Positions 30,251-40,070 of a DNA stretch of 64,000 nucleotides are shown here, in pieces. How positions within the stretch are numbered: the first letter of the stretch is position 1; each line of letters begins with the position of its first letter. The notes under the pieces were generated by a model. The model ran no database searches, was not told the origin of the DNA, and saw only the letters and a list, made by a program, of their open reading frames with translations. The stretch is taken from NCBI GenBank assembly GCA_965215335.1, contig CBDCDA010000001.1, forward strand, positions 128,001 through 192,000, written 5' to 3'. Position numbers and translations under genes: made by a program. Source of the stretch: an uncultured Candidatus Entotheonella sp. (GTDB taxonomy: Bacteria; Tectomicrobia; Entotheonellia; Entotheonellales; Entotheonellaceae).

Positions 30251-31351
30251 ATGTTACGGCTTGCATACGTTGGCGGACTGGGGCTGATGGCGGGTCCGGC
30301 AGGCACGCATCTCAAACCGGAAGGGCCGGCCCATGTGCTGCGGGTACACGACCGCGGCGCGCCGGGCCAGCAAAAGGACGCCTTTCGGGAGGGTTGGCGG
30401 CAGCACGGGGCCGAGCTCGTTGGCACCTTCGGAGACCTGATCGGCGACGGCCAGCTCGACGGCGTGGTGGCGTGCTGCGGCAAGAATGGCGACGACCTGC
30501 AAGTGATTGCCAGCCTGGCCCGGCTGCTGCACGAACGTTGCGACGCGCCGCCCTTCATCCTGCACATGTCGACCGTCAGCGCCGGCTTTACGGTTGCGGC
30601 CGAGGCATTTTGCAAGGGGATGGGCGTTGGCTACGTCAACTACCCGCTCACCGGCGGCCCGCTGGGCGCGCAACTCGGCGGCGGGCATCCGAACGGCATG
30701 CTCATCCTGGCCAGCGGCGACCAGGAGATCTACAACCGTCTGGAACCGACGCTCGAAGTCCTGGGGCGGCCGCGCAATTACGGCGCCTCCGTCTCGGCCG
30801 GCGCCGCAACCAAGCTCATCGGACAGCACCTGGTGTTCAACGGCTGCACCGGCATCTGCACGGGCGCCGCGCTGTACGCGGAATGCTTCGCCGACGGCGT
30901 CATGGGCGGCGAGCAGCAGGGCGCCTACTTCGACTTTCTCAACGGCGGCGCCGGCGGCACCCGGCAATGGGACGTGGCCTTGAGCAAGGGCGTCAAGGAC
31001 GACGACTGGGGCACCGGCTTCAGCATCCGGCACGCCGTGGTCGACGCCATCTACGCGGCCAGGCTGGCGCAGGAGAAGGGCCTTTCACGGCTGTCCATCC
31101 AGCCGATGATCAACGTCACCCTGGCGTTTTCCTACATCCTGGCCCGCTACCCGGGGCGTTCCCTGGCCACGCACGCCATTGCCCGGGAGATGATCGCCAA
31201 GGGTGCCGGCGACCTGGATGCCTTCATGACAGTCCACGGCGCTTTCGCCCCGGACATTGACACCTGCCTCGCCAGTTGCATCGACTCGCTGCCGCCGTCG
31301 GTGCGGCAAACCGTACGGCTGGAGGTGGGGGTGGAGGACTTTACCGGCTAA
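30251..31351 (+). CDS. NAD(P)-dependent oxidoreductase (beta-hydroxyacid dehydrogenase-like)
   Basis: GLGLMAG, HMSTVS, PLTGG and ATKL motifs. Confidence 0.72.
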   Translation: MLRLAYVGGLGLMAGPAGTHLKPEGPAHVLRVHDRGAPGQQKDAFREGWRQHGAELVGTFGDLIGDGQLDGVVACCGKNGDDLQVIASLARLLHERCDAPPFILHMSTVSAGFTVAAEAFCKGMGVGYVNYPLTGGPLGAQLGGGHPNGMLILASGDQEIYNRLEPTLEVLGRPRNYGASVSAGAATKLIGQHLVFNGCTGICTGAALYAECFADGVMGGEQQGAYFDFLNGGAGGTRQWDVALSKGVKDDDWGTGFSIRHAVVDAIYAARLAQEKGLSRLSIQPMINVTLAFSYILARYPGRSLATHAIAREMIAKGAGDLDAFMTVHGAFAPDIDTCLASCIDSLPPSVRQTVRLEVGVEDFTG

Positions 31352-31377
31352 CAGAATAACCAAGGGAGCCAACAACC

Positions 31378-32232
31378 ATGAACGTCGGCATTTTCGTTTT
31401 CCAGACCAACACGTCGGTCGATTCGGCGGTGCTCGCCAGGCACGCCGAAGAGCTGGGCTTCGAGTCGTATTGGGTGCCCGAGCACGCCATCTTGCCGGTC
31501 CATACCACGTCGCGCTTTCCCGGCTCGCCCGACGGCGCCGTTCCCGACGCCTACGGCCGCATCGTCGATCCCTTCATTGCCCTGGCGCGCGCCTCCGCCG
31601 TCACGCAGACGATCAGGCTGGGCACCGGCATCTGCCTGGTCCCGGAGCACAACCCCCTGCATCTGGCCAAGGTCATCGCCTCGCTGGACCAGGCGTCCGG
31701 CGGGCGTTTCCTGTTCGGCATCGGGGCGGGCTGGCACAAGGAAGAAAGCGAGATGATGGGCGGCGATTTCGCGCATCGCTGGACCCAGACGCGCGACGCC
31801 GTTTTGGCCATGAAGGCGTTGTGGACCGAGGAGGAAGCGGAATACCACGGCGACTACTACGATTTCGTGCCGGTGCGCTCGGTGCCGAAACCGGTTCAAA
31901 AACCGCACCCGCCTGTCTTCCTGGGCGGCAAGGCGCAGAACGTCTTCAAGCGCGTGGTCGAATGGGGCGACGGCTGGATGCCGAACCGCACCTCGGCCGA
32001 CGAGATCCGGCGCGGCCGCAATACCCTCGGCGAACTCGCCGAAGCCGCCGGCCGCGATCCGAGCACGGTGCAGATCATGGCCTTCGGACACGCCGGTCAT
32101 TTCAAGAGCCGCGCGGCGGTAGCGGAACTGATCGACGCGGGCGCCAACCGCGTCACCATCTGGCTGGAACAAACGGAAGGCGAGAGCGCCCTGGCCGAAA
32201 TGGACGACATCGCGCGGCGAATCCTGGCCTGA
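31378..32232 (+). CDS. Luciferase-like (LLM) oxidoreductase, probable F420-dependent type
   Basis: AEELGFESYWVPEH, SGGRFLFGIGAGW, PKPVQKPHPP motifs. Confidence 0.9.
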   Translation: MNVGIFVFQTNTSVDSAVLARHAEELGFESYWVPEHAILPVHTTSRFPGSPDGAVPDAYGRIVDPFIALARASAVTQTIRLGTGICLVPEHNPLHLAKVIASLDQASGGRFLFGIGAGWHKEESEMMGGDFAHRWTQTRDAVLAMKALWTEEEAEYHGDYYDFVPVRSVPKPVQKPHPPVFLGGKAQNVFKRVVEWGDGWMPNRTSADEIRRGRNTLGELAEAAGRDPSTVQIMAFGHAGHFKSRAAVAELIDAGANRVTIWLEQTEGESALAEMDDIARRILA

Positions 32233-32286
32233 CAGCCAGAAATAGTGGCCAGCGGTCAGCAAAATCATTGTCGGCGCCGTCAACTC

Positions 32287-32338
32287 GCCATGCCGGGCTT
32301 GACCACGTACCCAGTACGGGGCAGGCTCCGGCATCCAG
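32287..32338. repeat. REP-like palindrome with an internal insertion
   Basis: ATGCCGG (32290-32296) pairs with CCGGCAT (32328-32334) around an inner CGTAC-CCA-GTACG hairpin. Confidence 0.5.
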
Positions 32339-32499
32339 CGGAGCCGGAAAAGAGTGATGCAGGGAGAACGAGCAATTACGACAGGATAATCGGCGGTTGC
32401 TGGACCCCCTTGGCCCCTTTAGACGATAACGACCGCTTGCGGGACGCCCTTAAACGACTTCCGTCCCCACCCGGGCGACGGAGGTGTGGGAAGCTGTCA

Positions 32500-32712
32500 T
32501 CAGGGCTGTGCGGTGTGTTCTTCGCGGAACCTGCCGGCGATCCAGCCTTCGATGCGCGATAGCCGCTCCTTGACGCTCGCAAGGTCTTCCTGCAAACGGT
32601 CCATGCGCCCTTCGATACGGTCGAGGCGTCCGTCCAGGCTGGCATACATTCGCCACTGCACACCTGCCAGCGCCGCGCCGACGCCGATAATCGCCCAGAA
32701 TTCCGCGCTCAT
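32500..32712 (-). CDS. Small membrane-anchored coiled-coil protein
   Basis: N-terminal hydrophobic helix, heptad pattern, GGAGG RBS; paralog at 43276-43467. Confidence 0.75.
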   Translation of the reverse strand: MSAEFWAIIGVGAALAGVQWRMYASLDGRLDRIEGRMDRLQEDLASVKERLSRIEGWIAGRFREEHTAQP

Positions 32713-32826
32713 TGGTCCCTCCTGCTCATCAGCCGCGCCCGAAGCCGCGTGGCGACTTCCCTGGAGCCGGAATGACCGATGGTTCTACCGACCCCACTGG
32801 CCACTATCCACTCGCCACTGCCTTTT

Positions 32827-33906
32827 TCACTCCCGAAAGTACGGTATGACGTGCTTGCCCATCAGCCGCAGGGCGCTCATGATCCTGTCGTGCGGCAGCT
32901 TGCCGTACTGCATGAAGCACAGGACCTGATCGACGCCTTGCGCCTCGTACTTCCTGATCGTCTCGATGCACGTGTCAGGGTTGCCGATGCAGAACGTCCC
33001 TCCGTCGACGTAATCCTGAATCGTGCGCCCGGCGCGTTCCTTCTGTACCGCATCCACCGCAAACCTGTACGAATCCGGCACGTCAGTACCCTTCTGGCGC
33101 CACGGCTGGTACAGGTCCACCGTCTTGTTCATGAACCACAGCCCGTGCATGCCGGCATTGTCGATGGCTTCCGCGTCGGTCTCGGCGCAGTGCAGGATGC
33201 ACAGCGCCGCCACCTGGTTGTTGACGAACCTGCCGACCGGCCTGGCGTTGGCAATGCCCTTGCGGTAATTGTCGATACGGTTGCGGAGCTCCTCGGGCAC
33301 GCCGATATTGAAGCACAGCGCGCCCAGGCCCTTTTCTCCCGCGGCGTAGAAACTTTCCGGCTGGCCGCAGGCAACCCAAAGCGGCGGGTGCGGGTCCTGA
33401 ACCGGCTTGGGAATGACCGAGCGCGGCGGAATCTTGAAGTAGTGGCCGTCGTGCTCGAAGGGGTCCTCCGTCCACATGCGCGGGATGATGCTGACGGCTT
33501 CTTCCCACATCGCCCGCGTTTCCTCGGGGCTGATCTGGAAGCCGTCCATCTCGATCAGCGTCGTGGAACGCCCGGTGCCGAGGTCGCAGCGCCCGTCGCT
33601 GAGGATGTCCAGCACCGCGGCCCGCTCGGCAACCCGAACCGGATGGTTGTACTGCGGCGGCAGCAAAGCCACGGCGTGGCCGATGCGAATGGTCGAGGTG
33701 CGTTGCGAAATCGCGCCGTACAGCACTTCCGGCGCCGAGCAGTGCGAAAACTCCTTCAGAAAATGGTGCTCGACCGTCCAGAAGTGGTCGAACCCCATCT
33801 CATCGGCAAGCGTCACCTGTTCGAGGACCTGCTTGTAAACGTCCCGTTCGATGCCCGGGTAGTGGGGTTCGGGAATCTGAATCTCGTACATAAGCCCGAA
33901 TTTCAT
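32827..33906 (-). CDS. Luciferase-like (LLM) flavin-dependent oxidoreductase
   Basis: GFDHFWTVEHHF, HPVRVAE, LDILSDGR, PKPVQDPHPP motifs. Confidence 0.9.
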   Translation of the reverse strand: MKFGLMYEIQIPEPHYPGIERDVYKQVLEQVTLADEMGFDHFWTVEHHFLKEFSHCSAPEVLYGAISQRTSTIRIGHAVALLPPQYNHPVRVAERAAVLDILSDGRCDLGTGRSTTLIEMDGFQISPEETRAMWEEAVSIIPRMWTEDPFEHDGHYFKIPPRSVIPKPVQDPHPPLWVACGQPESFYAAGEKGLGALCFNIGVPEELRNRIDNYRKGIANARPVGRFVNNQVAALCILHCAETDAEAIDNAGMHGLWFMNKTVDLYQPWRQKGTDVPDSYRFAVDAVQKERAGRTIQDYVDGGTFCIGNPDTCIETIRKYEAQGVDQVLCFMQYGKLPHDRIMSALRLMGKHVIPYFRE

Positions 33907-33995
33907 AAAGTTCATCCTCTCATGGCGAATGCGCATGACAGCCTATTGACGCACAGTTCGTCGCCTACAGGTGGCATGGATGCAGTGCGAAGAAA

Positions 33996-34301
33996 TCAAG
34001 GTTCGACCTCGCCCAAAGGCCGTGCGAAGGTATATGTCGCCGGCTTGACGACCAGGACTTTGGCCGCATCGTCAGCGCTGCGGGTTGGCAGGCTGAAGGG
34101 AAGCGTGACGATGAACGTGGCCGTGCCCAGAACCGTAGCGGCAAGACCCAGGGGCCGAAGGAGGAAGACATCCACCAGCATCATGCCCGCCGCGCTCGAC
34201 GCCTCCTGCGTCTCGTTCGTCTCGTCTGCCACGTTCGGCATCGCGGTTTCCTGGGCGGCCGCAAGGGTCGTAGCCGAGAGCAGCACAAGGATCAAGAGCA
34301 T
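33996..34301 (-). CDS. Small conserved-looking exported or membrane protein
   Basis: Signal peptide then DVFLLRPLG...TFARPLG; start uncertain. Confidence 0.65.
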   Translation of the reverse strand: MLLILVLLSATTLAAAQETAMPNVADETNETQEASSAAGMMLVDVFLLRPLGLAATVLGTATFIVTLPFSLPTRSADDAAKVLVVKPATYTFARPLGEVEP

Positions 34302-34368
34302 CGTAAACCATGAGGGCGTTGCAGGCTGAGGCACGGGGCTTCTCCATGGATGAGGTTGGAAACGGTTG

Positions 34369-37300
34369 TCAGAAGAGCTCGAGTTGTGTGTCCGGCTTTC
34401 TTGACCGGTCGCCCTGAAGCCGGAAACGTTGTCGGTCCAGAAAGGCTTCCTCCAGGTTATCCAGGAATGGCGAGGGCGCCAACACTTGCACGCGGCCGCG
34501 CCACAGGCGCTGTCGGGCATGGCACAGATACAAACGGGTCCTGGCTCGCGTCATCCCCACGTAGAACAGCCGGCGTTCTTCATCGAGGTCCGCCTGGCCG
34601 CGCCGACCCCACGCGAGCGGCAGCAGGCCGTCCTCGCACCCGACAATGAAGACGACCGGGAATTCCAAACCCTTGGCGGCGTGGAGCGTCAGCAGGGAGA
34701 TACGGTCGGCGCGCGGGTCCCACGCGTCCACCTGGGTCCCCAAGGCCAGCTCGGCGAGAAACCGCTCGAGATCGTTCCCACACGCGGCCGCCAACGGCTG
34801 CAAGAGGTCGAAGGCTTCGAGGAAATCCGGCGCCGGCGCAATGGCATCCGCCTCGCCATCGTACCCGTGCGGCGCGACCGCGGCGAGTTGCTCGCGCAGA
34901 GAGCCGGCGCCCTGTCGCTGCAGCAAGGCAGCGACAAGTGCGGCAACGCCAGGGTGGTCGATGAGAAGGCGATGCGAACGATGCTGGAACGGCATGCCGG
35001 AGCGTTGCAGCGCCTCGACGAGCGCCGGTGCCTGGGCTTCGGTGCGGTAGAGCACGGCAATGTCGGCAAAGGACAGCTCGTCCGTTGCGGGTTCCGCAGC
35101 CCGCCCGCTATCGATCGAGAAAAAAGAATGGCCGCCGAGGAGTTGCTCGACGGTGCGTACCACAAATTCCGCCTCTGCCGCCTCGCTGGCGGCCTCGTGC
35201 AGAATGATTCGGCGGGATACCGCGGCGCTTGCGGAAACCGACGCGGGTTGAAAGGCGGACTGCGCCATGAGCTGGCCGGACAGCGTGACAATGTGGGGCT
35301 GGGAGCGGTAATTTCGCTTCAACCGCACCACCCGCGCGTTCGGGAAGTCATCCTGAAAACGCTCGAAGAAGCGCACGTCGGCGCCCCGGAAGCCATAGAT
35401 CGCCTGATTCGCGTCACCAATTGCACACACGTTCCCGTCTGCCGGTGCAAGTTGTCTGACGAGACGCACCTGTTGCTCGTCAACGTCCTGATACTCGTCG
35501 ATGAATACCCAGGGATAACGCTGGCGACAAGATGCTTGCAAGTCCGGCTGTGCCTCCAGCACGTCTGCTGCCAAACCGACCAGGTCGTCATAGTCCACCA
35601 GGTTGCGGAGGGCCAATTCGCGCTGATAGGTCTCGCAGGCATACGCCAGTTTGGCCGCCTCGGGAGCCGCCTGGGTCCGCTTGGCATGCGAGATCGCCGT
35701 CATCAGGCGACGCGCCTGCGCCTCGGAAACGTCCAGCGCCTTCTGCAGGATGTCAAGGCGCTGCGCCGCCGTCGCAATCCGAAAGGCGCGATGCAGGCCC
35801 GCCGCATTCCAGTGTTCCCGGAGGATGGCAAGACCCAGGGCATGAAACGTGAAGAGCGGGATGGGTTTCCAGACGTCGGGGAGCAGGGTTTTCAGACGGG
35901 CACGCATCTCGTCCGCGGCGCGCCGGGTAAACGTAATCGCCAGGCAGCGGGCTGCCGGCACGCCGCGGTGACGAATCAGATGGGCGATCCGATGCGTCAA
36001 GATCCTGGTCTTGCCGGAGCCGGGCCCCGCAACGATCAGGATGGGACCGGTCCCGGCATCGACGGCCCGGCGTTGATCCGCGTCCAGTTCCGGGACGACC
36101 CCGTTTCCTTGTTCGTAGGTAGCCGGAGCTTCCTGCACCAACGCACCGGAGGGAGGTGCCGGCTCCCGCGCGGCGGGAATGGCCGGGGAGCGCTTGTCTG
36201 CCGGGGCCGCAGGCGGTGCTACGGCATCCGCAAACAAGGACCTCCCGAGTGTGTGGCGGCGCAACTCGTCGGGTTGAAACAACCGGATCGTTCCGTAAGC
36301 GCCATCGTAGCCGGCCTCCCTGACGACGCGGTGCTCACGCAGGCGCGTGATCGCCTCGGCGAACAGGGAAGACGCCAGACGGCGGATGTCGTCCAGCGGC
36401 ACCTCGGTCAGCAGCGGCAATTCGGGGCCGAATTGCCCCAACAACCGTTCGTAGTGGTGGCTCACGCGCTTGCTCTTGCTGCCAACTTCGTAGAGTTCCG
36501 ACAGCACTTCGGGCAGCGGCACGAGGCTCTGCACGTTCCCGGCCGTAGGGGGCGGCGCGTCCTCCATGCGGTCGGCCAGGACTTCCACCCGGTGCATCAC
36601 GCCGACCGTGAGCGCCTTGCCGCATACCGAGCAGATGCCTCCGGCGGCACGAGTCTCGTGGGGTGCCAGCCGCACTTGGCAGGCCCGGTGCCCGTCGAGG
36701 TGGTACTTGCCTTCCTCCGGGAAAAACTCCACGGTGCCCGCATACCCCCGACCCGTTTCCAGCGCCTTACGCATGGCAAAGTAGTCCAGGTCACTGGTGA
36801 ACACACAGGCTTCTCTGCCGAGCTTTTCGGGCGAGTGGGCATCGGAGTTGGAGACCAGCCGAAAGCGGTCCAGAGACGACACCCGCCAATTCATCGGCGG
36901 GTCCGACGACAGGCCGGTCTCCACCGCAAAAATATGGGGCGTCAGGTCGGCGTAGCACAGGTCAATCGAGTCAAAGCCGGACTTCGAGCCCAGGGCGGCA
37001 AACCACGGCGTCCAGATATGGGCGGGCACGAGGTACGCTCCCGGTCCCGATTCCAGGACGATCTCCAGGAGGTGACGGGAATCCAGGCCCAAAATGGGCC
37101 GCCCGTCGGAGTTCAGATTGCCGATCTTTCCGAGGCTGTGATTGAACTCCTCGACGGTCGCAAAATCGGGCGCGTAGATGAGGTGATGAATCTTGCGGGT
37201 GGCATCGTCTCTTTTGTAGATCGTCGATATCTCGACGGACAACATGAAGTGCGTTGGGCCATGACAGGCGCGCGGCAGCCGGTTGGCGACGGCCCGTTCC

Positions 37301-37509
37301 AGGTCCGGGCGCAAGCGGAACAGGCCGGGCTCGGCGGGGATCAGCTTGTCCTTGAGCTCGGCCAGCCAGGCCGGATGCGTGAAGTCACCGGTGCCGACGA
37401 CGGTGATGCCCTTCTTGCGAGCCCACAAGACCAGGTGCTCGAGGTCGCAGTTGCGACTGGTGGCGCGCGAGTATTTGGAGTGCACGTGCAGGTCGGCGTA
37501 AAAAGCCAC
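34369..37509 (-). CDS. Endonuclease Q (PHP domain + Zn finger) fused to a UvrD/PcrA helicase
   Basis: ADLHVHSKYS, GTGDFTHP, NSDAHS, GKYH, GYDGAYG; then AGPGSGKT, IDEYQD, TLHAAKGLEF, YVGMTRA. GTG start with AGGAGG RBS. Confidence 0.9.
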   Translation of the reverse strand: MAFYADLHVHSKYSRATSRNCDLEHLVLWARKKGITVVGTGDFTHPAWLAELKDKLIPAEPGLFRLRPDLERAVANRLPRACHGPTHFMLSVEISTIYKRDDATRKIHHLIYAPDFATVEEFNHSLGKIGNLNSDGRPILGLDSRHLLEIVLESGPGAYLVPAHIWTPWFAALGSKSGFDSIDLCYADLTPHIFAVETGLSSDPPMNWRVSSLDRFRLVSNSDAHSPEKLGREACVFTSDLDYFAMRKALETGRGYAGTVEFFPEEGKYHLDGHRACQVRLAPHETRAAGGICSVCGKALTVGVMHRVEVLADRMEDAPPPTAGNVQSLVPLPEVLSELYEVGSKSKRVSHHYERLLGQFGPELPLLTEVPLDDIRRLASSLFAEAITRLREHRVVREAGYDGAYGTIRLFQPDELRRHTLGRSLFADAVAPPAAPADKRSPAIPAAREPAPPSGALVQEAPATYEQGNGVVPELDADQRRAVDAGTGPILIVAGPGSGKTRILTHRIAHLIRHRGVPAARCLAITFTRRAADEMRARLKTLLPDVWKPIPLFTFHALGLAILREHWNAAGLHRAFRIATAAQRLDILQKALDVSEAQARRLMTAISHAKRTQAAPEAAKLAYACETYQRELALRNLVDYDDLVGLAADVLEAQPDLQASCRQRYPWVFIDEYQDVDEQQVRLVRQLAPADGNVCAIGDANQAIYGFRGADVRFFERFQDDFPNARVVRLKRNYRSQPHIVTLSGQLMAQSAFQPASVSASAAVSRRIILHEAASEAAEAEFVVRTVEQLLGGHSFFSIDSGRAAEPATDELSFADIAVLYRTEAQAPALVEALQRSGMPFQHRSHRLLIDHPGVAALVAALLQRQGAGSLREQLAAVAPHGYDGEADAIAPAPDFLEAFDLLQPLAAACGNDLERFLAELALGTQVDAWDPRADRISLLTLHAAKGLEFPVVFIVGCEDGLLPLAWGRRGQADLDEERRLFYVGMTRARTRLYLCHARQRLWRGRVQVLAPSPFLDNLEEAFLDRQRFRLQGDRSRKPDTQLELF

Positions 37510-37692
37510 GGTGAGGACCTCCTTGAGAACCCGGGCGCCACCCGAAGCGAAAGAGCGGGTGGCAGGCAGGGTAGCGCAGCCCCATGAGGCAGTCAATGCG
37601 CCTTCGGCGGCGCTTTCGCGTATAATGCGAGCTTTCCGATCCACAAAATCGCCGCCTGAACAGACCGTGAACCCGAGGGGAGGGGAGACGGC

Positions 37693-38211
37693 ATGACATT
37701 TCTTTCCGCCGTCGTGCGCGGAATTGATCGCCTGAACGCAAAGGTAGGACAGAACGTTTCCTGGCTCACCCTCATCCTGGTGCTGGTGACCACCTACGAC
37801 GTGGTCATGCGCTACCTGTTCGACATCACCTTCGTCTTCATCCAGGAACTGGAGTGGCACCTGTTCGCCGTCCTGTTCCTGATCGCCGCCGGCTACACGC
37901 ACCTCAAGGGCGACCACGTGCGAGTCGATATCGTGCACGCCAAGCTGTCGCCGCACACGAAAGCCTGGATCGAACTCGTCTTCGGTGTCCTGTTCCTCTT
38001 TCCCACCTGCTTCCTGCTGATCTGGACGTCCATTCCCTTCGTGCTCAACGCCTGGGCGGTCATGGAGGGATCACCCGACCCCGGCGGCATTCCGGCGCGC
38101 TACGTCCTGAAATCCGTCATCCCCATCGGCTTCGTGCTGGTGGCGCTGCAAGGTGTTTCGGCGACCATCCGAAACCTGTTCGTGGTGCTGGGGAAGGAGC
38201 TGCCGCAATGA
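37693..38211 (+). CDS. dctQ: TRAP transporter small permease
   Basis: ELEWHLF and HVRVDI motifs, four TM segments. Confidence 0.9.
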   Translation: MTFLSAVVRGIDRLNAKVGQNVSWLTLILVLVTTYDVVMRYLFDITFVFIQELEWHLFAVLFLIAAGYTHLKGDHVRVDIVHAKLSPHTKAWIELVFGVLFLFPTCFLLIWTSIPFVLNAWAVMEGSPDPGGIPARYVLKSVIPIGFVLVALQGVSATIRNLFVVLGKELPQ

Positions 38212-39530
38212 TGACCGATCTGCTTCCGGCGCTGATGTTCCTGGTTTTCAGCCTGTTGATCCTGGCGGGCTACCCGATCGCCTTCACCATCGGCGGCACG
38301 GCGCTGGCCTTCGGGCTGTACGGCTTCGGGCTGGACTTCTTCAACCTGTTGCCGCTGCGCATCTGGGGCATCATGACCAACTTCACCCTTATCGCAGTCA
38401 CGCTCTTCGTCTTCATGGGCGCGACGCTGGAGCGCTCCCGGCTGGCGGAGGACCTGCTGGAAACGATGGGCCTGGTGCTGGGGCGGTTGCCGGGCGGGCT
38501 GGCCATTTCGGTCGTCGTCGTGGGCACGCTGCTGGCGGCATCCACCGGCATCGTCGGCGCCACCGTCACCACCATGGGGCTGATCGCCCTGCCCACCATG
38601 CTGCGACGCAACTACGACCGCGGGCTGGCGTCCGGCGTCATCTGCGCCTCCGGCACCCTGGGGCAGATCATCCCGCCGAGCATCGTGCTCGTCCTGGTCG
38701 GCGACATCCTGGGCGTGCCGGTCGGCGACCTCTTCCTCGGCGCGCTCATTCCCGGCGTCAGCCTGGCCGCCCTGTACGTCCTGTACCTTCTGGGCGTCTC
38801 GCTCTTCCGCCCGCAGGCGGCGCCGCCGATCCCGCGCGCGGAGCGCACGGCGATTTCCACCCTCGAACTCCTGAAACGAATCGGCAAGGTGCTCGTCCCG
38901 CCGCTGTTCCTGATGCTCGCCGTGCTCGGCTCCATCTTCTTCGGCATCGCGGCGCCCACCGAGGCGGCCGCCATGGGCGCTTCGGGCGCCCTGCTGCTCA
39001 GCATTTTCAGCGGCAGGTTCAGTCTGAAAATGCTGCGTGAGGTGATGGAAACGACCACCCGCCTGACCAGCATGGTGTTCATCATTCTGGTGGGTGCCAC
39101 CGCCTTCGGCCTAGCGTTTCGTGGCCTGGGCGGCGACGCCCTCATCCACGACGTCGTCGATCAGCTGGCGCTGCCCAACTGGGCCATTTTCGCCTGCATC
39201 ATGGGGGTGGTGTTCCTGCTGGGGTTCTTCCTGGACTACATCGAGATCGCCTTCATCCACCTGCCGGTCATCGCGCCCATCCTGAGCGCTATGGGCTTCG
39301 ACCCGCTGTGGTACGGCGTCCTGCTGGGCATCAACCTGCAGACATCCTTTCTCACGCCGCCCTTCGGGTTTGCGCTGTTCTACTTCCGGGGGGTAGCGCC
39401 GGCCCAGGTCACCACCGGACAGATTTACCGCGGCATCATCCCGTTCGTCATCATCCAGATCGTCGGGCTGCTCCTCGTCGCGTTTTTCCCGGAACTGTCG
39501 ACGTGGCTGCCGCGGTACGTGTTCAGGTAG
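38208..39530 (+). CDS. dctM: TRAP transporter large permease
   Basis: GTLGQIIPPS, PTEAAA and QTSFLTPPFG motifs. Confidence 0.92.
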   Translation: MMTDLLPALMFLVFSLLILAGYPIAFTIGGTALAFGLYGFGLDFFNLLPLRIWGIMTNFTLIAVTLFVFMGATLERSRLAEDLLETMGLVLGRLPGGLAISVVVVGTLLAASTGIVGATVTTMGLIALPTMLRRNYDRGLASGVICASGTLGQIIPPSIVLVLVGDILGVPVGDLFLGALIPGVSLAALYVLYLLGVSLFRPQAAPPIPRAERTAISTLELLKRIGKVLVPPLFLMLAVLGSIFFGIAAPTEAAAMGASGALLLSIFSGRFSLKMLREVMETTTRLTSMVFIILVGATAFGLAFRGLGGDALIHDVVDQLALPNWAIFACIMGVVFLLGFFLDYIEIAFIHLPVIAPILSAMGFDPLWYGVLLGINLQTSFLTPPFGFALFYFRGVAPAQVTTGQIYRGIIPFVIIQIVGLLLVAFFPELSTWLPRYVFR

Positions 39531-39561
39531 AGGATTTTCGTATCCGATCGGGAGGTCATCC

Positions 39562-39960
39562 ATGGCCGATACGTACGTCAGCAGTGACCAGTTCGACGAG
39601 TTCGTAAAACGCATCGAGCAAGGCTTTGCGCATGCCGAAGAAGCCAGGGTGCAGGAGATCGCCCTGATGAACCAGCGTTTCAAGATGGTGGAGAAGCGCT
39701 TCGAGATGGTGGAGAAACGCTTGGAGCAGGTTGATCAACGCTTTGAGCAAGTCAATCAGCGTTTTGCGCACGTCGACCGGAATTTCGAGCATGTCGACCG
39801 ACGCTTTGCGCAACTTGATCAGCGCCTGGACGAATTCAAGACGGACCTGCGAGCTGACATACAGAATCTGCGCATCTGGGTAATCGGGCTGTTCGGCCCG
39901 ATGCTCTTTGCCTTGGTAACCGCGGTGATCAAGTGGATCTTTTTCACCCCGGCGCCCTGA
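39562..39960 (+). CDS. Heptad-repeat coiled-coil protein with C-terminal TM helix
   Basis: Tandem 7-aa units (RFEMVEK, RFEQVNQ, RFAHVDR), hydrophobic C-terminus, GGAGG RBS. Confidence 0.8.
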   Translation: MADTYVSSDQFDEFVKRIEQGFAHAEEARVQEIALMNQRFKMVEKRFEMVEKRLEQVDQRFEQVNQRFAHVDRNFEHVDRRFAQLDQRLDEFKTDLRADIQNLRIWVIGLFGPMLFALVTAVIKWIFFTPAP

Positions 39961-40070
39961 AGGGGACGGCAGATGAACAGCTTCAGATCAGGGCGGGAGC
40001 AACATGAAACCATGCCGATCGAATTCGACGCGGCCTTGACAAACCTGCCATCAACCATCACGTTGCGGTC

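Noticed and set aside
34429..37587. 1052-aa plus-strand ORF and similar long antisense ORFs (e.g. 10499-12088, 32779-34329, 50594-52117)
   Set aside because: Shadow frames of GC-rich genes on the opposite strand; no motifs recognised.
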